Shown here one piece after another: positions 51,540-64,000 of a stretch of 64,000 nt of DNA. The first letter of the stretch is position 1. Every line of letters starts with the position of its first letter. Source of the DNA: Octopus sinensis (lineage: Eukaryota). The position numbers and the translations under genes were made by a program. A model generated the notes under the pieces. It had not been told where the DNA came from. It ran no database searches and saw only the letters and a list, made by a program, of their open reading frames with translations. The stretch covers positions 93,248,001-93,312,000 of the forward strand of contig NC_043000.1 in NCBI RefSeq assembly GCF_006345805.1, written 5' to 3'.

Positions 51540-52427
51540 TATATATATGACAGGCTTCTTTCAGTTTCCATCTACCAAATCCACTTAAAAGGCTTTAGTC
51601 AGCCTGAGGCTATAGCAGAAGATACTTGCCCAAGATGCCATGCAGTGGGACTGAACCCAGAACCATGTGGTTGGGAAGCAAGCTTCTTACCACACTGCCA
51701 GTTCTGCACCTATGAAATTTTTTATCAGAAATGGTAAATCTTAGGGGGTCTTTTTGCTGCAAAGCACCTAACACACTCTATTAAGTGGTTGGCATTAGGA
51801 AGGGCATCCAGCCAAAGAAACCATGCCACAACAGACAATTGGAGACAACTCCCAGCTTGTCAGCCCCACGTCAAACTGTCCAACTCGTGCAAGCATGGAA
51901 AGCTGATGTTAAACGATGATGATGATGATGATGATGACGATGATGATGATGATCCTGTTGAAAATGCCTATGGAAACATCTCTGCTTAAAAGAACCCTTA
52001 GATACTCACCAACAAACAAAGTACTAGATGAAAAATCTACAAAATCAAACAAATTCTAACCGACAATGTGTAATCAAGCAAAAAACAATATAGACACAAC
52101 CGAAACCCAAATATTACACCAGATACTACTAAAATGAAAAATATGTATATTGTATTATATATAACAAATGTACACTTGCCATTGAATAGTTGAACACATT
52201 ATTAAAACCCTGAAAAGCAGAATGCGAAATGCATTATGACAAACCATAAATCTAACAAATAATAAACTATAAACACAAAAATTAGCCTTCACATTGATAA
52301 CAACCTTGAAGCTTGTAAACATGACAACAAATTGCTAACAAATAATGTGATTTATAAACTCAATTGCAAACATAATAGTTGCAAACTTCGCAATTTCAAC
52401 TGTTTTATTGGCCATAAAGAAAGGATG

Positions 52428-52429
52428 GG

Positions 52430-52526
<97 letters not shown>

Positions 52527-52531
52527 GGATG

Positions 52532-52562
<31 letters not shown>

Positions 52563-52582
52563 GGATGGATAGACAGATAGAT
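52428..52582. repeat. (GATA)n microsatellite
   Basis: Direct inspection; followed by (GATG)n/(GACA)n at 52758-52930. Confidence 0.95.
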
Positions 52583-53733
52583 TTCTTTATTGGCCATGCA
52601 GGGCTGAAAACAGAAGGGACAAAATACAAAGTAGAGCTTTTCTTTTTGGGAAGGAAAAAAAGGGTGGGGGTGAATTCCAATCAAAAGGGATCGTGAAAAA
52701 AAAAGTAGGGCCTATCAATAGGGATCGTGTATCACAGAAATGTCAATGTAAAACATTAGATGGATGGATGGATGGATGGATGGATGGATGGATGGATGGC
52801 CAGATGGATGGATGTATGGGTGGCCAGACAGATAGATAGATGGATGGATGGACAGATGGGTGGATGGATAGATAGCCAGACAAACAGACAGATAGACAGA
52901 CAGATAGACAGACAGATAGATAGATAGACCAAAAATAGATTGTTAGATAATCAGATGTAGATGAATGAATATAAGGATGAACAGATACATAAATAGAGAG
53001 ACAGAGAGGGAGAGAGAGATAGTTTGATAGACAAGCAGGCAGACCCATTGATAGACAGAGAGATGACATATTCATTTAGGTACCTAGCTATTCTCATTCC
53101 TTACATGACTCTCCCTCTTTCTTTTCTCATTCTCACACACACACACACACACTCCATTTTTTCTGCTAACTTAACTCCTTCCCCCACCTTCCCCCATTCT
53201 ATCTAATTTCATGGATCATTTGGCACTTTGTGTTGTTTCATTGTTTCAAATGTGAGGTTTAAAACTTCAAAGAGGCGAGGGATTAGATGAACGGTAAAGG
53301 ATTGGAGATGTGATATAGGAAGGAAGAAGACAACCATAATGAGGAGATAGGTAAGTAGAAAGATAGGTAGGTAGGCAAGTAGGTAGGTATAGGTAGGTAG
53401 GTTGATAAGTAGGTAGATAGGTATATAGGAAAGTAGATAGATAAATAGGTAGGCAGATAAATAGATAGCTAGATAGCTAGATAGATAGATATTGAAAAGA
53501 GATTATACAAAATCAGGCGAAATTAAAAACAATTATTTCCTTATAAGTAAATGTAAACGCCACCAAATTACTTGCTCTCTATGTATGTACACTTGCATAT
53601 ATATAATATATATATATATATAAACGTACATATGTACATATACTTGCATACATATTTGTGTGTGAGTATATATATATATATATATATGCATACATATATA
53701 TGCTTATATATATATGCATACATATATATATAT

Positions 53734-53768
<35 letters not shown>

Positions 53769-55113
53769 GCATATACATATATACATATATATGTATATAT
53801 ATATGTATATGTATATGTATGTATATATACATATATATATGTGTGTGTGTGTATGCAGGCACACACATATACTTGGCTATACATAAATGTACATACAAAT
53901 ATATACACATGGAACACTTATATATAAATATATATATATACAAACATATATAGGCATATAAGTAAGTATGTATATGCATAGGTCTATACAATAACACACT
54001 TAACAATAGACAAAACACACTGTAAGAAAAAGAAAAAGAGACAGAAATAGAGAGAGTGAGAAATGAAGATAGAGAAGGAAAGAGAGAGATGGAGAAAGAC
54101 AGAGAGTGAGCGAGAGAGATCGCATGAAGTAGATCACTCACCCTATTAGCAGACTTTTCAACTTTTCATGTCAGATTCTTTCATTACTTGATCTCATTCT
54201 AAAGTGTGCTTCTCTTCAGGTTTCGAAGTCTTTTAGCATCATTGCTAGATAAGTATTGCAGTGGAATGGTTTTTCTCTTATCCAGCTATTATCTTACTAG
54301 TGACTCAAAAACTACTCAAATTCATTGTTATCAATATATATACCAATTATTCAAGAAAAAGAGTTTAAAAGTCAAAAAAAAAAGAAAAAGAAAAGAGAAA
54401 GACTACAGTAGAAAAAGATGAAATATGTGTGCAATTATGTAATATAAAAGGCATAAAAATAAAGAAAAAAAAGAACATGAATTTTGTGTATGTCTGTCCA
54501 CCCTCTCCTCTTCTTTCTCTCTTTCTCATTCTCTCCTTATCTCTTTCTCCCCTTCTCTTTACCCCTCCCTGTGTTATTATTTCATCGCTTCTGACTTGGC
54601 AGTGAACTCCTGTGTTGAATGTGTCTGTATATCCACTGTCTTACTTAAAATATATGTGCATATATGTCTGTGCATATGTGTGTGTGTGTGTCTTGATGTT
54701 TTTTTCTGAATGCAGAGTTGCATTTAGAACTGCAGAAATACTTGGTAAATTATCCTTACATGGCGGAAAAATTTGCCAACAGCCAGCCATGAGACTTGAA
54801 CCCTCAAAGACTCTGCATTCAGAAAAGACATCATCTTCTTATTTATATCATACAATACACATTTTTACGCTTCTATAAAAAACAAGTATTTGTTTGCATT
54901 TATACACACACAGAGCCACACATACACACACACAGAAAGATAGAGAAGGAGAGAAGAAGAAAGAACCACTATGGGAGTGGATCAATGTCTTTGACTAAAA
55001 TAATTGATGGCACTGCCCCAGCATGGCTGCAGTCAAATGACTGAAACAAGTAAAAGATAAAAGATATATCTATCTGTCTATCTGTCTCTCTCTCTCTATA
55101 TATATATATATGC

Positions 55114-55147
<34 letters not shown>

Positions 55148-55456
55148 GTATGTGTGTATATATATATACATACATATGTGTGTGTGTGTGTGTGTGTTGT
55201 GTGTGTGTGTGTGTGTGTGTATAAATATATATAATACACACACATACATATAGAAACATATATATGTATGTATAATGTATATAATGCCCAGGCATGGCTT
55301 CATTCAATCTTATTGTGTGACACCTTCTACAAGACTATATTTACTTTAGCCTTGGGCCAACCAAAGCCATCTCAGTAGATTTAGAAGTTCCCTTGCATGC
55401 ATATGTGAGAGAAAGTGCTTGTACCACCTTTGATGATGATACACTCACATCCACGC

Positions 55457-55690
55457 ACAAGGATGTACCCAAAGTCCTTGGCTTTGAAAAGTTACTGTTT
55501 TTGGGTAAAAGAAAATACAGGAGGAGCAGTCAATTATGATTTCATTCAACATATTCCCCTCTCAGATTCACACACTTATTGCAGCAGTCCTTCAGTTTTT
55601 GTAAGGCCTTTAAAAAGAATTCAAACGGTGGGCCTCCAACCAGGCTTTTCCCAATATCTTTAAAACCATGAACTTTGAGGCACCCCCTCC

Positions 55691-55691
<1 letters not shown>
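55457..55691 (-). mobile_element. mariner-derived MITE
   Basis: Retains the mariner C-terminus [25 protein letters not shown]. Imperfect TIRs ACAAGGATGTACCCAAAGTCCTTGGCTTT and AAACCATGAACTTTGAGGCACCCCCTCCT. Confidence 0.65.
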
Positions 55692-55731
<40 letters not shown>

Positions 55732-55773
55732 ATATATATATATGTGTGTATATATATATATATATGTATGTAT

Positions 55774-55810
<37 letters not shown>

Positions 55811-55839
55811 CTATATATATATATATACATATATATATA

Positions 55840-56174
55840 TCTTCTCTATATATAAAAGGCAAGTTGTCTGTCTGTGTGTCTGTGTGTCTGTCAGGTTGTA
55901 CCCTCACCCTGACCACGGCTTTCAACCGATTCTGATGAAACTTGACACACACATAGCCCAATGTCATAATTCAAATCTAACGCAGCGAAAATTTTGAAAA
56001 GTTCCCCCAGTTCTGAAAAAAATTTATAAATTCCGCCACTTCAAGCAGTCAACGAGAGAAAACATGACCAGACAACATAACCTTAGCATACCTCTGCTAA
56101 TCGCAGCTGCAGCCGCAAGTCATTGCCTACTAGGGGTTCTTACATACCCGGGCAACGCTGGGCTATGCTGCTAG
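55840..56174 (+). mobile_element. Non-autonomous Helitron
   Basis: 5' A|TCTTCTCTATATATAAAAG, (GTCT) run, 3' GC hairpin CCCGGGCAACGCTGGG and terminal CTAG|T. Inserted at A|T with no TSD. Confidence 0.8.
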
Positions 56175-56180
56175 TATATA

Positions 56181-56254
<74 letters not shown>

Positions 56255-56277
56255 TATATGTATGTATATATGTCTAT

Positions 56278-56309
<32 letters not shown>

Positions 56310-57607
56310 TATATATATATATATATTATATATAATCAAAATAAGCAACAAGGATATCCAGAGGTAACACAGTACGATCGTTTCATGCAACTCCTGTTGA
56401 TACCCAGGGGCAATATCCAGTCAGTTATATACCAATTCCTCAGCATTCAAACAGACATGACCAATCACATTTTCCCATTTCCTTCCTGCCTCTTTTAATC
56501 AATCCCTTTCTATTTTGGTAACCTTCATGGAATAATTTATTGCTTTCATCTTGAAAATTACGCTTGTGGTATTGATGAGGGGTGTTGATGGTAGTGGTGC
56601 TGCTGCTGCTTATGCTAGCTGTTGACATTCTCTAGGTCAGAAAATATATCCTTATTGGCTGATTCTGCAAATACCCAAATAAGAAGTTCCATTTATTACA
56701 TGGGTTTACAAGATAAATATATGTTCATTTTTATGTTTCGGACTCCATTTTGATTTTGCTCATTTGCTTCTTCTTTGAAATTCTTTCCTTTGTGAAATTG
56801 TTTGTAATATTTGACTCCATTGCATAATTTTTACTTGATAAACAAAATTGGAATTAATTCAATATGTGATTAGCATTTAAATTGCATAAATTTATAATTC
56901 AATGAAAAATTTATTTTACTTCATTTTCTTTCATTTTCCTCCATTTTAAAAAAATTTTTTTTTTTACTGAATGTAACTACATTCATCTCAGAAATAAATT
57001 TTTCAAATTAGAAAAACATGATAGTTCTGTTTAGTACTTGACTTTGCATGCACCATATAAATATTGTAAAGATTAATTTTTATTTTATGTATATTTTTTC
57101 TCCTGAAGCGATTAGTTAGAACAAGATGAGGAAAGAGTGAGAAATCAGCTAATTAATTAATTTTTCATTAAAATGTAGAAATAATACGTTGTCCAATACA
57201 AAATTTTATTTCAGTAAAACAGAAAATAAAAAGAAATATAAAATTCAGAATTATTTAAAAATATATTCATTTCTGGTTAAATTTTGCATTATATTGGATT
57301 AAAAAATTAGCAAGAATTTGGTATTTTATACCATGTTATTTAATATTAAAAATAACAGTGGTGGTTTAGACAACAGGACACCTCTAACTAGTTTGGTACC
57401 TTGGATCTCTGTGTTGTAATCAATCAAGGGGACTAATTTGTTTTTCCTGCTTCTGGCTGTATGGTTAAGAAGCTTGCTTCCTAAGCATATGGTTTTAAGA
57501 TCAGTCCCACAGCACTTACTCTGGGCAAGTGTCTTCTGCTATAAAAAATCCAGTAGCTACAGAACACTGGAGCTACTAATTTATATCCTATAAGTACTTA
57601 ACACTTT

Positions 57608-57905
57608 GTGGAGGCACAATGGCCCAGTGGTTAGAGCAGTGGACTCACGCTCAGAGGATTGCAGTTTCAATTCCCAGACTGGTCATTCTGTGTTTATTGA
57701 GCGAAAACACCTAAAAGCTCCACGAGGCTCCGGCAGGGGTGGTGGCAACCCCTGTGGTACTCTTTCGCCACAACTTTCTCTCTCTCTTCCTGTTTCTTGA
57801 GTAAAGCTGCGATGGACTGGCGTCCCGTCAAGCTGGGGGGAACACATATGCCACAGAAACCAGGAAACTGGGCCCTTGAGCCTGGCTAGGCTTGAAAAGC
57901 GACAT
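57608..57905 (+). mobile_element. SINE family C (tRNA-derived)
   Basis: GGAGGCACAATGGCCCAGTGGTTAGAGCAG (A-box), GTTTCAATTCCC (B-box) and GCTGCGATGGACTGGCGTCCCGTC. Confidence 0.8.
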
Positions 57906-57927
57906 TTATCGTTTACTTAACACTGTC

Positions 57928-58620
57928 GAAGGCAGTGAGTTGGCAGAATTGTTAGCATGCCAGGCAAAATGCTTAGCAGAAATTTTGTCTGTCTACTTTC
58001 TGAGTTCAAATTCTGCCAAGGTCGACTTTACTTTTCATCCTTTTGGAGTACTCATTGAACACTGGAGTCGATAAATTTGAAGCCAATATTTTAATTTTTA
58101 TAAGAGATAGATGGCAAGCTGTCAGAATTGTTAGCACGCTGGGCAAAATAATTAGTGGCATCTTGTCCATCTTTACATGCTTAGTTCAAATTCTACCAAG
58201 GTCGACTTTGCCTTTCATCCTTTCAAGGGGTCAGTAAAATAAATACCGTTTGAGCACTGGAGTTGATGTAATCAGCTTGCTCCCTCCCACCAAAATTACT
58301 GGCCTTGTGCCAAAATTTGAAACCACTATTTTCATAAGAGATAGACAGTGAGCTGGCAGAGTCATTAGCACATGAGGCAAAATACTTAGTGATATTTTAT
58401 CGGACTTTATGTTCTTGGTTCAAATTCTGCCAAAGTCAACTTTCTCTTTCATCTTTATGGGGTCAATAAAATAAGTACCAGTTGAACACTGGGGTCGATA
58501 AAATAAGTACCAGTTGAACATTGGGATTGATAAAATAAGTACCAATTGAATACTTGGGTTGATATAATCGACATGACCCCTCCCATAAAATTTATGGCCT
58601 TGTGCCAAAATTTGAAACCT
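57928..58620 (+). mobile_element. Three tandem SINE B copies
   Basis: Heads at ~57928, 58110 and 58343. The third has a triplicated ~32-bp unit ATAAAATAAGTACCAGTTGAACACTGGGGTCG (58467-58562). Confidence 0.75.
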
Positions 58621-59289
58621 GTATTAAAGATCTGTCAGTGAGGTGCCAGTCCACAGCATATCATGGTATGATGTATAACATATGTAAACCTACATAGAAG
58701 ACATTACAAAACAGCAAATTTAGTTATTTGTCTAGGAACTGATGAACAGCCTTAATTGGTTTCAAACCGTATTGGGTCCTAATAAGATATAAATACATCA
58801 TTTAACCCAGTGGTTCTCAAATGGGGTCCATATGGCCCCTGAGGGTCTATATGATATTTTTGAGAGTCCACACAACAAAGTAGTAAATTTGGGATCCCCA
58901 ACAGTATTTTAAGGGACCCTGAAAATAATTTTTCTAAGTGAAATCATAGTCATGGCCAATACTGGTGCCACGTAACTGACATGTAAAAAAACACCTTTTA
59001 AATGATGGGCCTCACAGAAGCAATGACAAGTGACCAAGACCTTTGGTGATATGTTGTACTTGAGAAGACCCATCAAGCCAAGTGAAATCCTTGTTATGGC
59101 CAATGCTAATGTCACCTAACTGGCACCCATGCTAGTGTGACGTAAAAAGCACCCATTACACTCTTGGAGCAGTTGGCATTAGAAAGGACATCCAGCCATA
59201 GAAACCATGCCAAGTCAAATTGAAACCTGGTGCAGCCCTCCAGTTTGCCAGCTTCAGTCAAAGAGTCAAACCCATGCCAGTATGAGCAG

Positions 59290-59705
59290 TTGCCCTATCT
59301 TGCTGGAAACATTTGTGAGGTCTACTTTGAATGGCCTTCACATTCCTCAGACTTGACTTGCCCAGATTTCTTCTTGTGGGGATACCTGAAAGAGAGGGTT
59401 TACATCAACAAACCGGAGACCCTGATGCAACTGAAGGAGACCATCAATAGAGAAATCAGAGAAGTGGGGTCTGAAACACTTGAGGGTGTTATGGTGCAAG
59501 TTTTGGAAAGAACACGAGCAAGCAAAGCTGGAATTGGCTGCCATTTAAGCAATGCTATTTTTCATATGTAATGTAGTGGTGTGGCAAAATTTGACTTGTG
59601 CATATTAATTCCCATTATAATCTATCAAAATTTCATGCATCTATTTGTAAAATTAAGGAAGTTATTAAAAACTGAAACCCATCAGGTACTTTTGGGACAC
59701 CCTAT
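59290..59705 (+). pseudogene. Tc1/mariner (DDxD, maT/rosa-like) transposase 3' fragment with right TIR
   Basis: WPSHSSDLTCPDFFLWGYLKERVYINKPETLMQLKETI matches WPPRSPDLTPCDFFLWGYLK. Ends CTTTTGGGACACCCTA|TA. Confidence 0.8.
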
Positions 59706-60584
59706 ATATATACACATATATATTTACTCATATATAAAAATGTATTTTGTTCAATTATATCCCTTTAATAATGTTACTTTTAAATATCTCCATTTTGCTT
59801 TGTGTTGTGTGTGTGTGCATGTGTGTGTGTAAAAGTACATATGCAAGTATGTATCTATGCACATATGCCTACATGTATGTAAGTATGTATGTATGTATGC
59901 CTACCCATCTATCTAGCTTTCATTTTGCCTTATATGACATTTTATGAATCTATCCTTATGCCTTGCATGTATTCTATATTCTATCTTCCTATATATTTAT
60001 CATTACATTGATCTGTGTTTCTATCGATATATCTTTAAATCTATGTATCCTATGAATTTAATTATCTTCTACTCACCGTGCATATTATCTACCTATGTCC
60101 TCACACACTTAAAAATATATCAGTATATCTATCTTTCTGTAAATCTATATATATTGTAGTAATCTGCCTTTTTGGCCACTATCCTACCTACCAACTTACA
60201 TATCTACCAACCAACCACTTTCTCTGTCTCACTATATATCTACTCCATATTTCACACTCACACATACACGCACACACATATACATGCATGCACATGTACA
60301 TGCACGCACAGACACAGACACACACAGATATATATACAATCACGTAGATGTGCATATACAAGCATATATATATGTGTACACATGCAGATGTGAGGACATA
60401 TATACACATATATAGACTTGTGTGTCTGTGTATTGATATATATTTATTTAAATGTAGACACATATATACATATATATATTCATATGTATATATGTATGTG
60501 TGTGTGTATGTGTGTGTGTGTGTGTATATATATATATAGAGAGATAAATAGATAAACATAGATATATATATATATATGTATATA

Positions 60585-60979
60585 TATTCTTTTACTTTTA
60601 CTTGTTTCAGTCATTTGACTGTGGCCATGTTGGAGCACCACCTTTAGTCTAGCAAATCTACCCCAGGACTTATTCTTTGTAAAACCAGTACTTATTCTAT
60701 CAGTCTCTATTGTCAAACCGCTAAGTTACAGGGATGTAAACATACCAGCATCGGTTGTCAAGCGATGCTGGGAAGACAAACACAGACACACACACACACA
60801 CACATATATACGTATATACAACAGACTTCTTTCAGTTTCCGCCTACCAAATCCACTCACAAGGCTTTGGTCGGCCTGAGGCTATAGTAGAAGACATTTGC
60901 TCAAGTTGCCACGCCATGGGACTATACCCGGCACCATGTAGTTGGTAAGCAAGCTACTTGCCACACAGCCACACCTACA

Positions 60980-60983
<4 letters not shown>
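60585..60983 (-). mobile_element. SINE family A
   Basis: Full-length reverse copy. Confidence 0.85.
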
Positions 60984-61023
<40 letters not shown>

Positions 61024-61148
61024 AAGCTATATGCTCACATACACACGACTGCATAGAGAATACACGCACACACACACACGCACACACACACACGCACATA
61101 TATATTTATACAGATACATACATATATACATATATATGTTTGTATGTG

Positions 61149-61188
<40 letters not shown>

Positions 61189-62082
61189 TATTTAGAGTGT
61201 TTTGGAAATTCATTGATATAGTTATAATATTTGGAGAGAAAATGTTTTCTCAAAGAGTTAAGATTGGGAAAAGAACCATTCTAGGAAGTCAAAATGTGTG
61301 TAGGCTTTGCTTTTATAAATTCATATATAGATATAAACATATAAAAGAAATTATCTATTTATCTAAGTATATAATTCATCTAATAAGATTTTCTCAAACT
61401 TATCAATGGGAAACAAAGGAAAATTTCATTATCATAACTTTTTAAGAAAAATGATAAAAGTATAAAACATAAAAAATGAAATTGAATCAAAGAAATAGAT
61501 AAAAAAAAAGATTTTTTTCCTAGAATTTTCTAAATGATATAGACAGAAATAAAAATAATTTTTAATTTTCCTTTCGGTTGTTTTTAATTAATAATTTTGC
61601 GGGCTGTTTTTTTTCTTCTTTATTTTGTTGTTTTTGTTTTTTATATATATAGTACTGTAGTGTATTTCGCTGTTAAAAGTACTTTCCAATCCCAGCCAAG
61701 CGGAAATGTGAATATTCTAACATCACTACTACTACTACTACTACTTAAACTGCTGCGGTATACTGAACACATTGCAAATGATTCAGTGAGTAAAATAATG
61801 TAAATAATGTGTGTGTATGTGTGTGTTTGTGAATAGTTTTATTGGCAGAGGTTACAAACGTACCACAAGCGCCAAGAGTTTTGTACATGGGACTTGGTAA
61901 ATGCCGTACATGGAACTCTCAGTTCTTGAGACAGTTTTGAAACTTCTGGTGGTTAAAAATTAAAAAATATATATATAATACTGTGTAAATTACACACACA
62001 TTTACACACACACATAAACATATACGCATACACATACACACACACACACATATATGTATATGCATATAAGTACATATACTGT

Positions 62083-62490
62083 TATTTGTTTCAGTCATTT
62101 GACTGTGGCCATGCTGGAGCACCGCCTTTAGTCAAGCAAATCGACTCCAGGACTTATTCTTCATAAACCTAGTACTTACTCTATCAGCTTATTTTGTCAA
62201 ACTGCTAAGTTACGGGGATGTAAACACACCAGCATCGGTTGTCAAGTGATGGTTGGGGACAAACACAGACACACAAACATATACACACACACACACATAC
62301 ACACACATACACACACACATATACAACCGGCTTCTTTCAGTTTCCCTCTACCAAATCCACTCACAAGGCTTTGGTTGGCCCGAGGCTATAGTAGAACACA
62401 TTTACCCAAGTTGCTACACAATGGGACTGAACCCAGAACCATGTGGTTGGTAAGCAAGCTACTTATCACACAGCCACTCTTGCACCTATA
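62083..62490 (-). mobile_element. SINE family A
   Basis: Full-length reverse copy. Confidence 0.85.
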
Positions 62491-62899
62491 TATATATATA
62501 TTCATGTTTGTATTTATATTCATGTATAATAAAAACTATTTGCTGAAACTTTCAAGTCACTATCAACATTCTTGTATAAGAATAATAAATATAAAATGTT
62601 CTCTTATGGTAAAAAGGTATAAAAACACCATATCTATCCAGCACTGCCATCTATCAGGATTCCCACATACATATATATTTTTTTACATGCCACCGGCACA
62701 TGAAAAGCACTCACTACACCCTCAGAGTTGTTGACTTTCGGAAGGGCATCCAGCTGTAGAAACCTTTCCAGATTAGATTGGAACCTGGTGCAGCCTACTG
62801 GCTTGCCATCCTCAGTCAAACTATCCAATGCATGCTTCCATGGAAAGTGGATGTTATACAATGATGATGATGATGATATATGTATATATATATAAATAT

Positions 62900-62932
<33 letters not shown>

Positions 62933-63137
62933 TAAACACACACATATATATATATTGGAACATCCCATAAATAATGTCGTTTTTGAATTGCGTGAACTAA
63001 AAGATGAAGGAAATAGAAGATAGATTTGTTACTATACCCCAACCATGGATGACACCAGGTAGCCCAAACTGTGAACGGGCTTTACTCAACACACTAATTG
63101 ACATATTGACATTTACTCATGAGTCAGTCCAAAAGAC

Positions 63138-63227
<90 letters not shown>

Positions 63228-63323
63228 TTAAATTTTGGAAGTGTTGGTTGGATATCTGTTGCGTGATGACACTTGATCATGTACATATTTAATCCTTGCA
63301 CTTTCAAATTTTATATTCGGAAT

Positions 63324-63380
63324 GCTACACTGATGATGAAAAGTAAGTAAATATACTTAATCTCGAAACACATATGTGGC
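63324..63380 (+). ncRNA. Decayed type I hammerhead ribozyme
   Basis: GCTACA-CTGATGA-T-GA..TAAGTA-aata-TACTTA..TC-GAAAC-AC-ATA-TGTGGC, with a 6-bp stem I. Lies in a ~330-bp unique segment between (TA)n tracts. Confidence 0.55.
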
Positions 63381-63662
63381 TAATCGGAGTCATGTGGATT
63401 CATTATTTTTCTTCTTGCCTGCGTAAAAAGTGTGTTACTCTCTGGCAGATTCTTACTGTAGTAGAAAAGGAATTTTTAACTCTTATTTCTAAATTCAGTA
63501 TGTGGTGAAGCAATTGGCTGACCCCTAATTATGATTATGTTTATAATCATAGAATATTTATATATATATATGTATATATGTTTTCTATATACTCACCAAA
63601 ATTTCTTTAATGCTTCATTATTATCTAGCTCATTCCGAGCTATCCTAAGAGCCCTTTTGCGA

Positions 63663-63721
<59 letters not shown>

Positions 63722-64000
63722 TATATAAATAATTGCAGCATGCACTTGTTTTTTTGCTTCAGCATACCATCTCAAATCACGTCACTTGCTATGCAAGTAT
63801 ATCTCCATAATATATAAATAATATATTCAATATATTAACTAATGTATGAGTACCCCATGCACATGTATATATATGTATGTATATGTACTTGTATAAATGT
63901 GTGTGTGTGTGTGTGTGTATGACTGTTTGTATTTGCACATGTGACCTCACAACTGGACAACTAGCATTGTTTTTTTTTCCATCAATGTAACTTAGCAGTT

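Noticed and set aside
54717-54793. Possible plus-strand terminal exon LHLELQKYLVNYPYMAEKFANSQP*
   Set aside because: Supported only by an acceptor-like site. No recognisable homology or partner exons.
56360-56450. Complete HHR on the minus strand (GAAAC-GATC-GTA)
   Set aside because: Only the 3' half is present. The nearby CTGAGGA has no matching stems I/II. The half motif at ~24000-24020 has the same problem.
57608-57685. tRNA gene
   Set aside because: The tRNA-like head runs into a SINE body that has a second copy with a TSD, so it is a SINE head rather than a functional tRNA.

Overview
AT-rich, repeat-saturated eukaryotic DNA, intronic or intergenic. The repeat families and microsatellite load suggest an octopus or other coleoid cephalopod genome (inference). 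No host protein-coding gene is confidently recognisable, and nearly all ORFs in the track are translated microsatellites or SINEs. The window holds about 20 copies of one tRNA/CORE-type SINE and at least four other SINE families. It also holds R4/Dong-like non-LTR retrotransposon 3' ends sitting in (AAT)n tracts, one with an intact 318-aa CCHC + restriction-like-endonuclease ORF. Other mobile elements are a full-length decayed Tc1, mariner, hAT, pogo and piggyBac remnants and MITEs, a Helitron and a Helentron non-autonomous element, an RTE 3' end and a fragmented Penelope RT. The most striking signal is about a dozen hammerhead-ribozyme (HHR) motifs in at least 7 unrelated short elements. Most sit in or beside (TA)n tracts and several form inverted pairs. 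One is a perfect 429-bp palindrome whose HHR carries a compensatory U3-A8 core variant. A second notable structure is a head-to-tail 'train' of (AAT)n-associated retroelements at 38.4-42.4 kb. All structures were inferred by eye; no folding or database search was run, and element boundaries are approximate.
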